Notes: generated by a model not told the origin, from the sequence alone. 64,000 bases of DNA from Candidatus Poribacteria bacterium (GCA_963663765.2 CAXXUA010000005.1:1664001-1728000); one strand, 5' to 3'. Shown: positions 32,185 to 42,490, counted from the first letter of the stretch. Translations and numbers: made by a program.

Positions 32185-32677
32185 CAATACCTTCGCCAAT
32201 AAAAGACATTCTGCTAGATTGCAGGGTTATTTAGTTTTAAGAGTTTTCCATTATTAAGGTTTACTTAAAGTTAATATCCAAGGCCGGTAGGTGCGGTTTC
32301 CTAACCGCACCGCATCCTACAGAGCAAGTCATTATGAAGGTTTTTGATCCAAATTCGGTGCGGTTAGGAAACCGCACCTACCGGCCTGGGTATAGCAGGT
32401 GTTAAAAATTCGCAAGAATAATCGAAAACTGAATAACCCTGGCCAGATTGTGCGGGTAGTTGTAGCACATTCTGCCAGATTGTGCATATAAATTATTCTG
32501 TCAGATTGCTGATATAGTCATTTCTATTGTCAAATTAGACGCTATGATAATTAAAAATACTTCAACGAAAACCTGAAGTTATTTTTATTTATGTAATCCT
32601 AACAATATCACAGAGCAATGGTAGATCAACACTATATACTCATTCAACTGAAGCATTCAAAAATGGCGAAGGTATTG
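32185..32677. mobile_element. CAATACC-family MITE interrupted by a CAGGG MITE (32222..32441)
   Basis: 14-bp TIR caataccttcgcca / tggcgaaggtattg; 7-bp duplication ttggtat; inner element flanked by gctagattg / gccagattg. Confidence 0.88.
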
Positions 32678-32686
32678 TTGGTATAA

Positions 32687-32838
32687 TACCATTTTCATGT
32701 GATAATGTCTCATAAGCAGCGGAAATCTGGTAGGAGCAACCTCCCGGTCGCGACAGTGAGGGCGCTCATACCGAAGAGTAACCCACTGCCAGTAAACAGT
32801 CGAATTCCTTAATCAGACAAGATTTATTTGAATTGGGA
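32687..32838. mobile_element. TACCA-family MITE with a single REP unit
   Basis: Near-identical direct copy of 32031..32183. Confidence 0.85.
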
Positions 32839-33027
32839 TTATAGTGGATTTTAGAATTAATTTTACACTTTCAGGTGTAGGAGGGAACTCCGATTCCCGA
32901 CTATCAAGACGTTCAGTTCTGGAAATCATGAAAATCCTGGTTCAGATAAAACGAAAATGTTTTCTTATGAAAACATGTAAGAAAATCTTCCTGAAAATCC
33001 ACACCATAGATAACGGAGACACCACAA

Positions 33028-34656
33028 ATGCAATCACCACACGGTTCAGCATTCCGTCCATCGGTCATGGGCAGCAACGGCATGGTTACATCAGGACACG
33101 TACTCGCTTCACAAGCTGGCATACAGACAATGATGGCTGGTGGCAACGCTGTTGACGCCGCAATCGCAACCGCCGCTGCACTCAATGCTGTGGAACCTGC
33201 GGGGTCCGGTGTCGGTGGAGACGGATTTATCCTCATCTATTGGGCAGAGACAGGACAGGTCGCAGCTGTAAACGCTACTGGACCCGCACCACGCGCCGCA
33301 ACCCGAGAAACCTATCTCAAAAATGGGGGTATTCCAATGAAAGGGATGCGAACCGTCTCTGTTCCAGGGCTCGTTGACGGATGGCTACTTGCACATGAAC
33401 GTTACGGGACCCTCAAATTAGATGAAGTTTTCGCACCAGCAATTTCTCTCTGTGAAGAAGGATTCCCCGTCAGCCACAGACTCGCAGGCAGTTTGCGTGG
33501 ACAAAACACAAACTTCGCTGCTGACCCACATACGCGCGCTATTTTCACAAACGAAGGCAACCCAATCCCCGCAGGTGAACGACTTGCAAATCCCAATCTC
33601 GGCACAACCCTACGCAAAATTGCAAAAGATGGTAGAGACATATTCTACGAAGGTAATATTGCTAAAGCCATAGATAAATTCAGCCACGCTCATACCGGGC
33701 TACTAACAGCAGAAGACCTCGCAAACTATCATGCACACTGGGACGATCCAATACACGTCAGCTACCGCGATTATGAAGTATACGAAATGCCTCCAAACTC
33801 AAGCGGACATATCTTATTGCAAGAATTAAACGTCGTAGAATTATTTGATCTGCAAACGTTGGGATACAACACTGCCGAAAGTGTGCATCTAATGGTTGAA
33901 GCGAAAAAACTCGCATTCGCCGATAGGGAAAAATATATGGCAGACCCAAATTGGGTGGATGTTCCAATAGAAGGACTGCTATCAAAATCTTATGCCGCAG
34001 AACAAGCAAAACGAATTGATTTGGAAAAGGCGGCATTTGATATTCCCGCAGGCGGTGCAGAAGCACATCAAGATACGACCTGCTTCTGCACCGCTGACCG
34101 CGCAGGAAATCTTGTTTGCATGCTACAGAGTATCCAATCAGGATTTGGCTCCGGTCTAATAGCAGGTGACACAGGCATTCTGCTAAACAACCGAATGACC
34201 TACTGGCATCTGGAAGAAGACCATCCGAATTGTCTGATACCCGGCAAACGTGTCCGCCATACAATGAATCCCGTCATCGTCACAAAAGATGGCAAACCCG
34301 TGTTAGCATGTGGTACACCGGGAGCAGATACACAAGTCCAAACAAACCTACAATTGGTCACACATGTCCTTGACTTCGGCATGACTCCACAAGAAGCAGT
34401 CTCCGCTCCGCGTTGGCGAAGTCTTCAAAACCCAATGGAATCCACTATCCCACACACATGTTCCAACCACCTACAGTTAGAAAAGCGATTCCCCTCAGAT
34501 ACTCAAGAAGGTTTAGCACAGAAAGGACATGAACTCCAACTTATAGGGGATTGGGGCGGTCCGGGCAGCGCACAAATGATACAGATCCATCACGAATCTG
34601 GTGCACTCATCGGCGGCTCCGACCCACGAACTGATGGATATGCTGTCACATATTAA
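33028..34656 (+). CDS. ggt: Gamma-glutamyltransferase family protein
   Basis: GGNAVDAAIA, SGVGGDGF, VPG, catalytic Thr in DTT, GILLNNR, PGKR..HT, GTPG, DPR motifs. Confidence 0.93.
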   Translation: MQSPHGSAFRPSVMGSNGMVTSGHVLASQAGIQTMMAGGNAVDAAIATAAALNAVEPAGSGVGGDGFILIYWAETGQVAAVNATGPAPRAATRETYLKNGGIPMKGMRTVSVPGLVDGWLLAHERYGTLKLDEVFAPAISLCEEGFPVSHRLAGSLRGQNTNFAADPHTRAIFTNEGNPIPAGERLANPNLGTTLRKIAKDGRDIFYEGNIAKAIDKFSHAHTGLLTAEDLANYHAHWDDPIHVSYRDYEVYEMPPNSSGHILLQELNVVELFDLQTLGYNTAESVHLMVEAKKLAFADREKYMADPNWVDVPIEGLLSKSYAAEQAKRIDLEKAAFDIPAGGAEAHQDTTCFCTADRAGNLVCMLQSIQSGFGSGLIAGDTGILLNNRMTYWHLEEDHPNCLIPGKRVRHTMNPVIVTKDGKPVLACGTPGADTQVQTNLQLVTHVLDFGMTPQEAVSAPRWRSLQNPMESTIPHTCSNHLQLEKRFPSDTQEGLAQKGHELQLIGDWGGPGSAQMIQIHHESGALIGGSDPRTDGYAVTY

Positions 34657-35286
34657 CAATACCTTCGCCATTTTTGAGTGCTTCAGTTGAATGAGTATAT
34701 AGTGTTGATCTACCATTGCTCTGTGATATTGTTAGGATTATATAAATAAAAATAACTTCAGGTTTTCGTTGAAGTATTTTTTATCATAGCAGGGTTATTT
34801 AGTTTTAAGAGTTTTCTGTTATTGAGATTTACTGAAAGTTAATACCCAGGTTTGGTTTCCTAACCGAACTTTCTGCATCAGTTTTAGATTATTGAAAAAT
34901 GAATATCGCTCTTTAGTCCCGTAGGGACGATATGTTTATAGAAAACGAATACCCTCCCCAGTTCTTTAGTCCCGTAGGGACGATATGTTTATTTTTCTAT
35001 GTCGTTCCTACGGAACTCAAGAGGGATAGATAACATGTTTCTATAAACATATCGTCCCTACGGGACTAAAGACATGGACAAGATGGCAACACATAATATT
35101 AACGACATAGCAAAATATTATCAATAATATTGAAAACTGAATAACCCTGTTATCACATCCTCTAATTTGACAATAGAAATGACTATATCAGCAATCCGAC
35201 AGAATAATTTATAGGCACAATCTGGCAGAATGTGCTACAACTGCCCGCACAATCTGGAAGAATGTCTATTATTGGCGAAGGTATTG
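34657..35286. mobile_element. CAATACC-family MITE (inverted relative to 32185..32677) interrupted by a CAGGG MITE (34790..35149)
   Basis: Same TIR; 7-bp duplication atattaa; body is the reverse complement of the 32185 copy. Confidence 0.88.
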
Positions 35287-35329
35287 ATATTAACTATAGT
35301 AGAATATACAATTAATTCTACATCATGGA

Positions 35330-35477
35330 GGTAGGAGTGACCTCCCGGTCGCGACCGTTGTCATTCCTACAGTGGTGGTAGGTGCGACCTCCTGGTCGTG
35401 ACTGTGGTCATTCCTACAGTGGTAGGAGCAACCTCCCAGTCGCGACCGTGGTAGGAGCGACCTCCTGGTCGCGACCG
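35330..35477 (+). repeat. Cluster of four GTAG REPs
   Basis: gtaggagcgacctcc(c/t)ggtcgcgacc variants. Confidence 0.85.
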
Positions 35478-35526
35478 TTAATTCACCATAATAACTCTGG
35501 ATATACACTGAATACGGAGAGACACA

Positions 35527-36585
35527 ATGAAAATCTTAGTCACAGGCGGCACAGGACGCATCGGTTCAAACCTCACAAAAAAACTATTAGAAAAGGGACA
35601 CAAAATCCGATGTTTTACATATCCCGGCGATGCTAACCGTGTTGACAGATGGAAAGATACTGAAAACGTTGAAACCGTCCTCGGCGATCTTCGCGAATAC
35701 GAAGATGTCAAAAGTGCCGTTGAAGACGTTGATGCTATATATCATATCGCAGCAGCCTTCGGCGGTCCGTTCAATCACCGCGACTATTTAGCCATCAACG
35801 GAATGGGAACGCTCAATATATTAGAATGTGTCCGTGAATTCAACCCAAACATTCACCGTCTCGTCTATGCATGCACAGAAGCAATCTATTGGCGAATGAC
35901 CGAAAAAGGCAGACTCTTCAATGAACACATCACAGAGGATATGGTCGCAAAATATCACCACATGCCATACTTCCTAACAAAATGGATCGGCGAAGAACTC
36001 TGTATGTCATATCACCATCAGTTTAAAGTACCATCCACTGTGTTTCGGTTCACCACTGTCATTGAACCCAGTGAATTCCTCAATCAAGACGGACTCCCAA
36101 AAAACTTCGTTTTTAGTCAGATACACAACAGATACAAAAACTACAAAGGCAACGATCCCGCAGAATTAGAAACCGCCGAAGTAGTCAAAAAAGCGTGGAA
36201 TGGAGAAGAAAAGTTCATACTCAAACGTAACCCTGACGGTAGACCCTACAAAGAACATTTCACCGATATTCGAGATATTGTGCAGGGATTGCTTTTAGGA
36301 ATTGAAAAAGATACTGCTACCGGGCAAGAGTTCACACTCGGTGGTAAAGGTGTTTTCAAACACGAAGAGGTAATACCATATCTATGCAAACGCTACAAAA
36401 TGGATTTCGCTGATATAAAACTCACAAACCCAAATTATTTTGAGTTTGACCTCACAAAAATCAAAACACTTCTTGACTTTGAACCGCAGCACGACATAGC
36501 AAGCATCATTGATGCAACAGAAGCAATGCAACGCGGTGAAGATGTCGGCATCATACCAACAGGCATCCGATGGGAAAAACGCTAA
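35527..36585 (+). CDS. NAD-dependent epimerase/dehydratase (extended SDR)
   Basis: ILVTGGTGRIG, YHIAA, YFLTK (YxxxK). Confidence 0.9.
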   Translation: MKILVTGGTGRIGSNLTKKLLEKGHKIRCFTYPGDANRVDRWKDTENVETVLGDLREYEDVKSAVEDVDAIYHIAAAFGGPFNHRDYLAINGMGTLNILECVREFNPNIHRLVYACTEAIYWRMTEKGRLFNEHITEDMVAKYHHMPYFLTKWIGEELCMSYHHQFKVPSTVFRFTTVIEPSEFLNQDGLPKNFVFSQIHNRYKNYKGNDPAELETAEVVKKAWNGEEKFILKRNPDGRPYKEHFTDIRDIVQGLLLGIEKDTATGQEFTLGGKGVFKHEEVIPYLCKRYKMDFADIKLTNPNYFEFDLTKIKTLLDFEPQHDIASIIDATEAMQRGEDVGIIPTGIRWEKR

Positions 36586-36677
36586 TTTCCCTTGAAAAAT
36601 AACAAAAAATGCGTTAAACTTAATACATTACACCACACCTTTGACCACAAGCATTGATAATGTATAGGAGAACACCA

Positions 36678-38342
36678 ATGAAAACAACATTTTGGACAAC
36701 ATATAGGTACGGGGCAATCCTACTGCTCCTCGCCTTTTTCGTAGCAAGTTGTGCAACAGTCACAACAATGACAAGAACCGATACACACGTCCCCTCAAGC
36801 ACAAAACACTTGGACAGACACATCAATGCTGTCCTAAAACGAGAAGGACTACAACCCTCAAGACAAACAACCGATGCCGAATTTCTTAGACGCATCTATT
36901 TGGATATGACAGGAAAAATACCCACACGAGATCAAGTGTTAGATTTTGTTGATGACGGCGCATCAAACAAACGCGCAAAACTCATTGACGAACTTATCGG
37001 CAGCGAAGATTCTGTTAAATTCTGGACAAACAAATGGGTGAACTGGCTCATCGGAAGACGCGACGATGGCGATGACAGACGCGTCGGTCTAAATACATGG
37101 GTAGAAGAAGCCATCCAAACCAACATCCCTTACAACGAATTTGTCCGAGAACTTGTCGCCGCTGATGGAGAAATAAAGGATAACCCCGCAGGAAACTACG
37201 TCCTACGATATGAACGGTCACCAGTCGTCTTAACCTCTCATACCTCACGCCTCTTCCTCGGACTCCCAATGCAATGCGCTGAATGCCACGACCATAAAAC
37301 TGAAGCATGGCTACAAGAAGATTTCTACGGAGTCGCCGCATTCTTCACAGGTATTCAAAGTGAGGAAAGAGGAAACATCGAAACCACAGATATGATCGGC
37401 GATATGAAAACAATGGAGAATTACTACATCTTCTATAACCCAAAACAGAATAAGGATATCTATGTTGAAAGTATGAATGAATCTGTCTCACCACGGTTCC
37501 TTGACGGCACAGATTATGATGGGGAACTCAACAATAAACGAGAAGCACTCGCAGATTGGATAACAGCCGACACAAACCCATACTTCAGCAAAGCCATCGT
37601 AAACCGTATCTGGAAACACTTTATGGGACGCGGTTTCGTTGAACCCATCGACGGCTTCGGAGAAGAATATCCCGCATCCAATCCTGAACTCCTCGCATGG
37701 TTAGCAGAAGATTTCGTCATTCACAGATACGACCTGCAACACCTGATGCGCATCATCCTAAATTCAAACACATATCAACGAAGCTCTGAAACAAATAAAA
37801 GCAACGAAGATGATGAATTCTACTACTCGCACGCATATATGAAACCTTTGAGTGCTGAACAATTCTTCTACTCTTTGATTCAAGCAACAGATTTTGACAG
37901 ACGCCAACACTTAGATATGGGTGGATTAGGCAACAAAAGTGGAGATGAACGCATGGACAAGTTACGAGGCTTTGAGCGAGAAAAACGCGAACATCTCAAA
38001 AAATTCCTATTCCTACTTGACAACGGAGAAATGGAAGAAATTGAAGCATTCAACGGTACCGTACCACAAGCTCTCATGATGATAAACGGTGATATGGTAA
38101 CTGAAAGTTCCAACTACAAAAAACGCGGAAGTTTCATAAACTACGTCCTTCAAAACTGGAGAGAAACACCCGAAAGGGTTGAATACATATATCTCTCCGT
38201 CCTCTCACGCAAACCAACTGCTAAAGAACAAACCTTTTTCAAACGCTACTTAGATAGAAGTAATTACAGAGAGAAAAGTTTGGCTTACGAAGACCTCTAT
38301 TGGGTACTTCTGAACTCAGCAGAGTTCTCGCTAAACCATTAG
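36678..38342 (+). CDS. DUF1549/DUF1553 (PSD1/PSCyt2-like) lipoprotein with a CxxCH motif
   Basis: Lipobox VASC; FLRRIYLDMTG.IPT, QCAECHDH, VNRIWKHFMGRG, SNPELL, DLYWVLLNSAEF. ATG 36678 follows aggag. Confidence 0.88.
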   Translation: MKTTFWTTYRYGAILLLLAFFVASCATVTTMTRTDTHVPSSTKHLDRHINAVLKREGLQPSRQTTDAEFLRRIYLDMTGKIPTRDQVLDFVDDGASNKRAKLIDELIGSEDSVKFWTNKWVNWLIGRRDDGDDRRVGLNTWVEEAIQTNIPYNEFVRELVAADGEIKDNPAGNYVLRYERSPVVLTSHTSRLFLGLPMQCAECHDHKTEAWLQEDFYGVAAFFTGIQSEERGNIETTDMIGDMKTMENYYIFYNPKQNKDIYVESMNESVSPRFLDGTDYDGELNNKREALADWITADTNPYFSKAIVNRIWKHFMGRGFVEPIDGFGEEYPASNPELLAWLAEDFVIHRYDLQHLMRIILNSNTYQRSSETNKSNEDDEFYYSHAYMKPLSAEQFFYSLIQATDFDRRQHLDMGGLGNKSGDERMDKLRGFEREKREHLKKFLFLLDNGEMEEIEAFNGTVPQALMMINGDMVTESSNYKKRGSFINYVLQNWRETPERVEYIYLSVLSRKPTAKEQTFFKRYLDRSNYREKSLAYEDLYWVLLNSAEFSLNH

Positions 38343-38351
38343 AACCAATGC

Positions 38352-38381
38352 AGACGGTTCGTCTATAAACGAACCGTCTTT
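38352..38381 (+). terminator. Putative intrinsic terminator or stem-loop
   Basis: agacggttcgt-ctataa-acgaaccgtct followed by a short T run. Confidence 0.5.
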
Positions 38382-38403
38382 CTATATATAGGAGAATTAC
38401 CAA

Positions 38404-39129
38404 ATGAAAAAACTTAGCATATTAATCCTCTTATGTTGTTTCACCCTTAGTTTTACAACGATTACCTCATCTCAAATCTACTTTGAAGATGACTTTGACA
38501 ACGTCAATGAATCTCAAGAGAAGTGGACTCCCTTGTGGGGAACCTGGGAATTCAAAGATAAGGAATACCATCAACTCCTAAATGATTCCAATTGCATGAG
38601 CATTGTAACAGACAAATATTGGGAAGAAGATTGGAACGATTACACATTTGAAGTACGCGGCAATAAAATCAGTGGCGCCGAAGGTTTCTTGATTATGTTC
38701 AGGTGTCAAGGCACAATGAATCCCCGTGGGAAAAACCTTGAAACACATCCGCCACGCATGCAAAACCAAGATCAATTAGAATACTGGTGGAACCTTGGCG
38801 GGTGGAATAATACTCGTTCACAAATTGAAACTTGGGGCGTCAGTGCCGGTCAAGCTGGTGCAAATAGCAGCCACACCATTGACACTGATGAATGGTATAA
38901 CATCAAAATCGTCAATACCCCCACAAGTTATACGCTAATTATCAATGATGAAGAGGTACACGAAATTAGCGATAATAGCAGAGACGGTGTCGGTAGAATC
39001 GGTGTCGCAACATGGAATACCACGGCAAGATTCGAAGATGTCCTCGTCTATGGTCCCAAAGGGGCTTTACCTGTTGACCCCAACGGCAAAATCGCTACAA
39101 GTTGGGGACTCATCAAAGCCGGAAGATAG
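38404..39129 (+). CDS. Secreted ConA-like/DUF1080-type beta-sandwich protein with C-terminal WGxIK motif
   Basis: Signal peptide; FEDDF, W..YTFEV, WYNIKI, GRIGVATW; ends PVDPNGKIATSWGLIKAGR. Confidence 0.75.
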   Translation: MKKLSILILLCCFTLSFTTITSSQIYFEDDFDNVNESQEKWTPLWGTWEFKDKEYHQLLNDSNCMSIVTDKYWEEDWNDYTFEVRGNKISGAEGFLIMFRCQGTMNPRGKNLETHPPRMQNQDQLEYWWNLGGWNNTRSQIETWGVSAGQAGANSSHTIDTDEWYNIKIVNTPTSYTLIINDEEVHEISDNSRDGVGRIGVATWNTTARFEDVLVYGPKGALPVDPNGKIATSWGLIKAGR

Positions 39130-39230
39130 TATATTGTTGGAGGGGTTTCTAACCTCGTTTTGATTACCACACCAACACTATATATATATAGTAATATAGT
39201 AACCTTTACTACAAAAAAGGAGCATACAAT

Positions 39231-39947
39231 ATGAAAAGGTTGAGTACGTTTATTCTCTTATGTTGTTTAACTTTCGGACTTGTAACTACCGCAATGTCAC
39301 AAGTCTACTTTCAAGATGATTTTGAGCAACCAAGTGAATCTGAAATGAAATGGGTGCCACTCTTCGGAAACTGGCAAATCGCAGATGGCGTATATAAACA
39401 ATCCGCAAATAGTGTCAATTGTATCAGCCTCGTCGCAGACGAATACTGGGACGAAAGTTGGAACAGCTACACCTATGAAGTCCGAGGCAGCAAAGTCGGT
39501 GGTGCTGAAGGATTCTTGATATTATACAGATGCATGGGACTCATGCAAGACAGAGGACAATCACTCGCTGCACATCCACCACGTATGATAGACCAACCAC
39601 GTTTAGAATACTGGTGGAACATCGGCGGCTGGGGAAACACACAGTCAACAGTAGAATCCTGGGGCGGCACTGGCACCGGTTTTACCACGCACAAAGTCGT
39701 TACTGGAGACTGGTACAATATCAAAATCGTAAACACACCTACAAGTTATACGCTCTACTATAATGATGAAATGGTAGAAGAAGTAAGTGATTCCGCCCAA
39801 GATGGGCACGGACGCATCGGTCTCGGAACCTGGGCAACTATGGCAAACTATGATGACGTCCTCGTCTACGGACCCGATGGTCCCACACCCGTTGACCCAA
39901 AAGGCAAAATCGCTACAAGTTGGGGACTCATCAAAGCCGGAAGATAA
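39231..39947 (+). CDS. Secreted paralogue of 38404..39129
   Basis: Shared GAEGFLI, HPPRM, LEYWWN.GGW, WYNIKIVNTPTSYTL; ends PVDPKGKIATSWGLIKAGR. Confidence 0.75.
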   Translation: MKRLSTFILLCCLTFGLVTTAMSQVYFQDDFEQPSESEMKWVPLFGNWQIADGVYKQSANSVNCISLVADEYWDESWNSYTYEVRGSKVGGAEGFLILYRCMGLMQDRGQSLAAHPPRMIDQPRLEYWWNIGGWGNTQSTVESWGGTGTGFTTHKVVTGDWYNIKIVNTPTSYTLYYNDEMVEEVSDSAQDGHGRIGLGTWATMANYDDVLVYGPDGPTPVDPKGKIATSWGLIKAGR

Positions 39948-39972
39948 GTTCTCCCGCAACTAACATTTAATG

Positions 39973-40008
39973 GAGGTAGCGTCATCACAGATGGCACTAC
40001 CTCTTTTT
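39973..40008 (+). terminator. Intrinsic terminator
   Basis: gaggtagcgtcatc-aca-gatggcactacctc followed by tttttt. Confidence 0.7.
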
Positions 40009-40039
40009 TAGTAAATAAAAACAAATCAAAGGCAAAAAA

Positions 40040-40435
40040 ATGGAAGAACATTCAAAATACGACGAATTACAAACACATATAAGACAACTAAAAACACTAC
40101 CAATAGAAACATGGGAGAACAAATACAGCGACAAAGACTATACAATAGAAATAACCAACCTTGAATTTACTGCTGTCTGCCCCAAAACAGGTCTACCCGA
40201 TTACGCAACAATCCGCATCACCTATGTCCCAGACAAACACTGCGTTGAACTCAAGTCCCTCAAAGAATACTTTGTCTTCTATCGGGATATCGGCATATTC
40301 CATGAGCATCTCGTCAACAAAGTACTTGAAGACTTCGTCGCAGCCTGCCAACCACGCTCCGCAGAAGTCGTCGGCGATTTCAACATCCGCGGCGGCATCA
40401 AAACCATCGTCACCGCAAACTATCAAATGAAATAA
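40040..40435 (+). CDS. queF: NADPH-dependent preQ0 reductase (short type)
   Basis: EFTAVCPKTGLPDYA, VELKSLKEY, HE, FNIRGGI motifs. Confidence 0.95.
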   Translation: MEEHSKYDELQTHIRQLKTLPIETWENKYSDKDYTIEITNLEFTAVCPKTGLPDYATIRITYVPDKHCVELKSLKEYFVFYRDIGIFHEHLVNKVLEDFVAACQPRSAEVVGDFNIRGGIKTIVTANYQMK

Positions 40436-40568
40436 TTCAAACCAAACCCACAACCTCCTCCCTGGTAGGAGCGACCTCCCGGTCGCGACCGTCACGCAAA
40501 ACACCGTCACGACCAGGCGGCCCCTCCTACGAACAACCAACAGATCATTACATACAATGGAGGAAACC

Positions 40569-40673
40569 ATGCGAAAAAGATCCCAACCAAGACACAATCA
40601 ATTACGAAAAGGTCGACGCTCAATTCCTGGTGCATATTATTCTATAACCTTGTCAACACAAAATCGAGACCCA
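40569..40673 (+). pseudogene. N-terminal remnant of a REP-associated tyrosine transposase (RAYT/TnpA-REP)
   Basis: ggagg RBS and ATG give MRKRSQPRHNQLRKGRRSIPGAYYSITLSTQNRDP, which fits the RAYT N-terminal pattern LRxGRxSxxxxxYxITxxTxxRxP. Cut by a MITE at 40674; REP upstream at 40464. Confidence 0.75.
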
Positions 40674-41192
40674 CAGGGTAATTCAGTTTTAGGAGTTTTC
40701 TGTTATTGAGATTTACTGAAAGTTAATACCCAAATGAGGTTTTCTAAATGCACGTTATACATCAATTTTAGATTATTGAAACATGAACATCGCTCTTTAG
40801 TCCCGTAGGGACGATATGTTTATAGAAAACGAGTGCCCTTCCCAGTTCTTTAGTCCCGTAGGGACGATATGTTTATAGAAAACGAGTGCCCTTCCCAGTT
40901 CTTTAGTCCCGTAGGGACGAAATGTTTATAGAAAACGAGTGCCCTTCCCAGTTCTTTAGTCCCGTAGGGACGAAATGTTTATAGAAAACGAGTGCCCTTC
41001 CCAGTTCTTTAGTCCCGTAGGGACGAAATGTTTATTCTTCTATGCCGTTCCTACGGAACTCAAGAGGAGTAGATAACATTTTACTATAAACATATCGTCC
41101 CTACGGGACTAAAGACATGGACAAGATAGTAACACATATAATTAACGTTATAGCAAATAATCATCAAAAAAACCTAAAACTGAATAACCCTG
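40674..41192. mobile_element. CAGGG-family MITE with a 53-bp tandem REP array
   Basis: cagggtaattcagtttt ... aaaactgaataaccctg; five direct agtcccgtagggacga units plus one inverted; no matching target duplication. Confidence 0.88.
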
Positions 41193-41201
41193 CTCCCCCC
41201 C

Positions 41202-41660
41202 GTAGGAGCGACCTCCCGGTCACGAACGTTTTACACAAAATCCGCGATACAAACACACACAGGTCACGACCGTCACACAATACACAGTCGCGACCAGGAG
41301 GTTGCTCCTACCAGATCGCTACTGTCATACAAACACGCACAGCTCGCAAACGTCATGCAAAACACAGTCGCAAACGTAAACCCAAAGTCACAACCTCCTC
41401 CCTGGTAGGAGCGACCTCCCGGTCGGGACCGTTTTACACAAAATCCGCGATACAAACACGCACAGGTCACGAACGTCATACAACCTCCCGGTCGCTAACG
41501 TCACACAATACAAGATCGCGAACGTCAAACCAAACCCACAACCTCCCCGGTCGCAAACGTCAAACCAAACACTCAACAACCTCTCTGGTAGGAGCGACCT
41601 CCTGTTCGCGAACGTTTTACCCAAAATCCACGATACAAACACGCACAGGTCGAGAACATC
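41202..41660 (+). repeat. Degenerate REP cluster with AC-rich linkers
   Basis: gtaggagcgacctcc units with repeated aaaatccgcgatacaaacac and caaacccacaacctcc linkers; continues at 42320-42486. Confidence 0.75.
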
Positions 41661-41668
41661 ACACATTA

Positions 41669-42314
41669 TACCAAATTAACTTGAACTGTCTCGTTCAAGG
41701 CGCGGTTAGGAAACAGCACCATAGGCGTCAATTAAAGAAAAGATGTTGGTGTTTCTCGTGTGGGTGGGTTTTCAACCCCGATTTGGCAATTTGAAACCTG
41801 TATAATCGGGGTTGAAAACCCCTCACATATTGGTGTAAACTTAAGAATACGCTTGTATTACTATGACTCCATGTCAATACCTAATGTTATTGGGATTGTC
41901 TTATATACAGTCCCGTAGGGACGATATGTTTATAGATCACACACGAACAACCGTCCGTTAGTCCCGTAGGGACGATATGTTTATAGATCACACACGAACA
42001 ACCGTCCGTTAGTCCCGTAGGGACGATATGTTTGTACGAACCCCATCTTATAAACATATCGTCCCTACGGGACTAAAGAGGGTGGTGGCATCGTTTATCT
42101 ATAAACATATCGTCCCTACGGGACTAAATATAGGACAGTTCAATCCCGATAAGGGTTAAGAAGCACTCATAAACACATAAACGTATTCTTAAGTTTACAC
42201 CTATGGGGTTGAAAACCCCTCCCACAATACGTCAAAATCCTTAATTTGACGCCTATGATTCGGTTAGGAAACAACATCTACCATCGGAAAAAGATAAATT
42301 CCGTTAATTTGGTA
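41669..42314. mobile_element. Three-level nested MITE (TACCA > CATAGG 41720..42257 > CATAGG ~41828..42205 > REP array)
   Basis: Outer TIR taccaaattaac / gttaatttggta with TTA duplication; middle cataggcgtcaa / ttgacgcctatg; inner ggtgtaaacttaagaatacg / cgtattcttaagtttacacc. Confidence 0.85.
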
Positions 42315-42490
42315 TTACACGTTCGCGACCGTCAACCCAAACCCACAACCTCCCGATCGCAAACGTCAAACCAAACCCACAACCTCCCCCGGTAGGAGCG
42401 ACCTCCCGGTCGCGACCGTTTTACCCAAAATCCGCGATACAAACACTCAACGCCCCCGGTAGGAGCGACCTCCCGGTCACGACCGTCACG

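Noticed and set aside
32185-35286. ggt as a composite transposon that has already moved
   Set aside because: Each flanking MITE has its own target duplication; no shared duplication surrounds the whole unit.
40795-41030. CRISPR-like agtcccgtagggac arrays (also near 11620, 31783, 41910)
   Set aside because: Linkers are identical or near-identical within each array; they are MITE cargo.
41117-41794. 225-aa ORF and other ORFs containing VGATSRSRP or VATGRSLLP (48100, 51960, 52229, 52290, 56423, 56512, 58628)
   Set aside because: Translations of REP arrays with no credible protein features.
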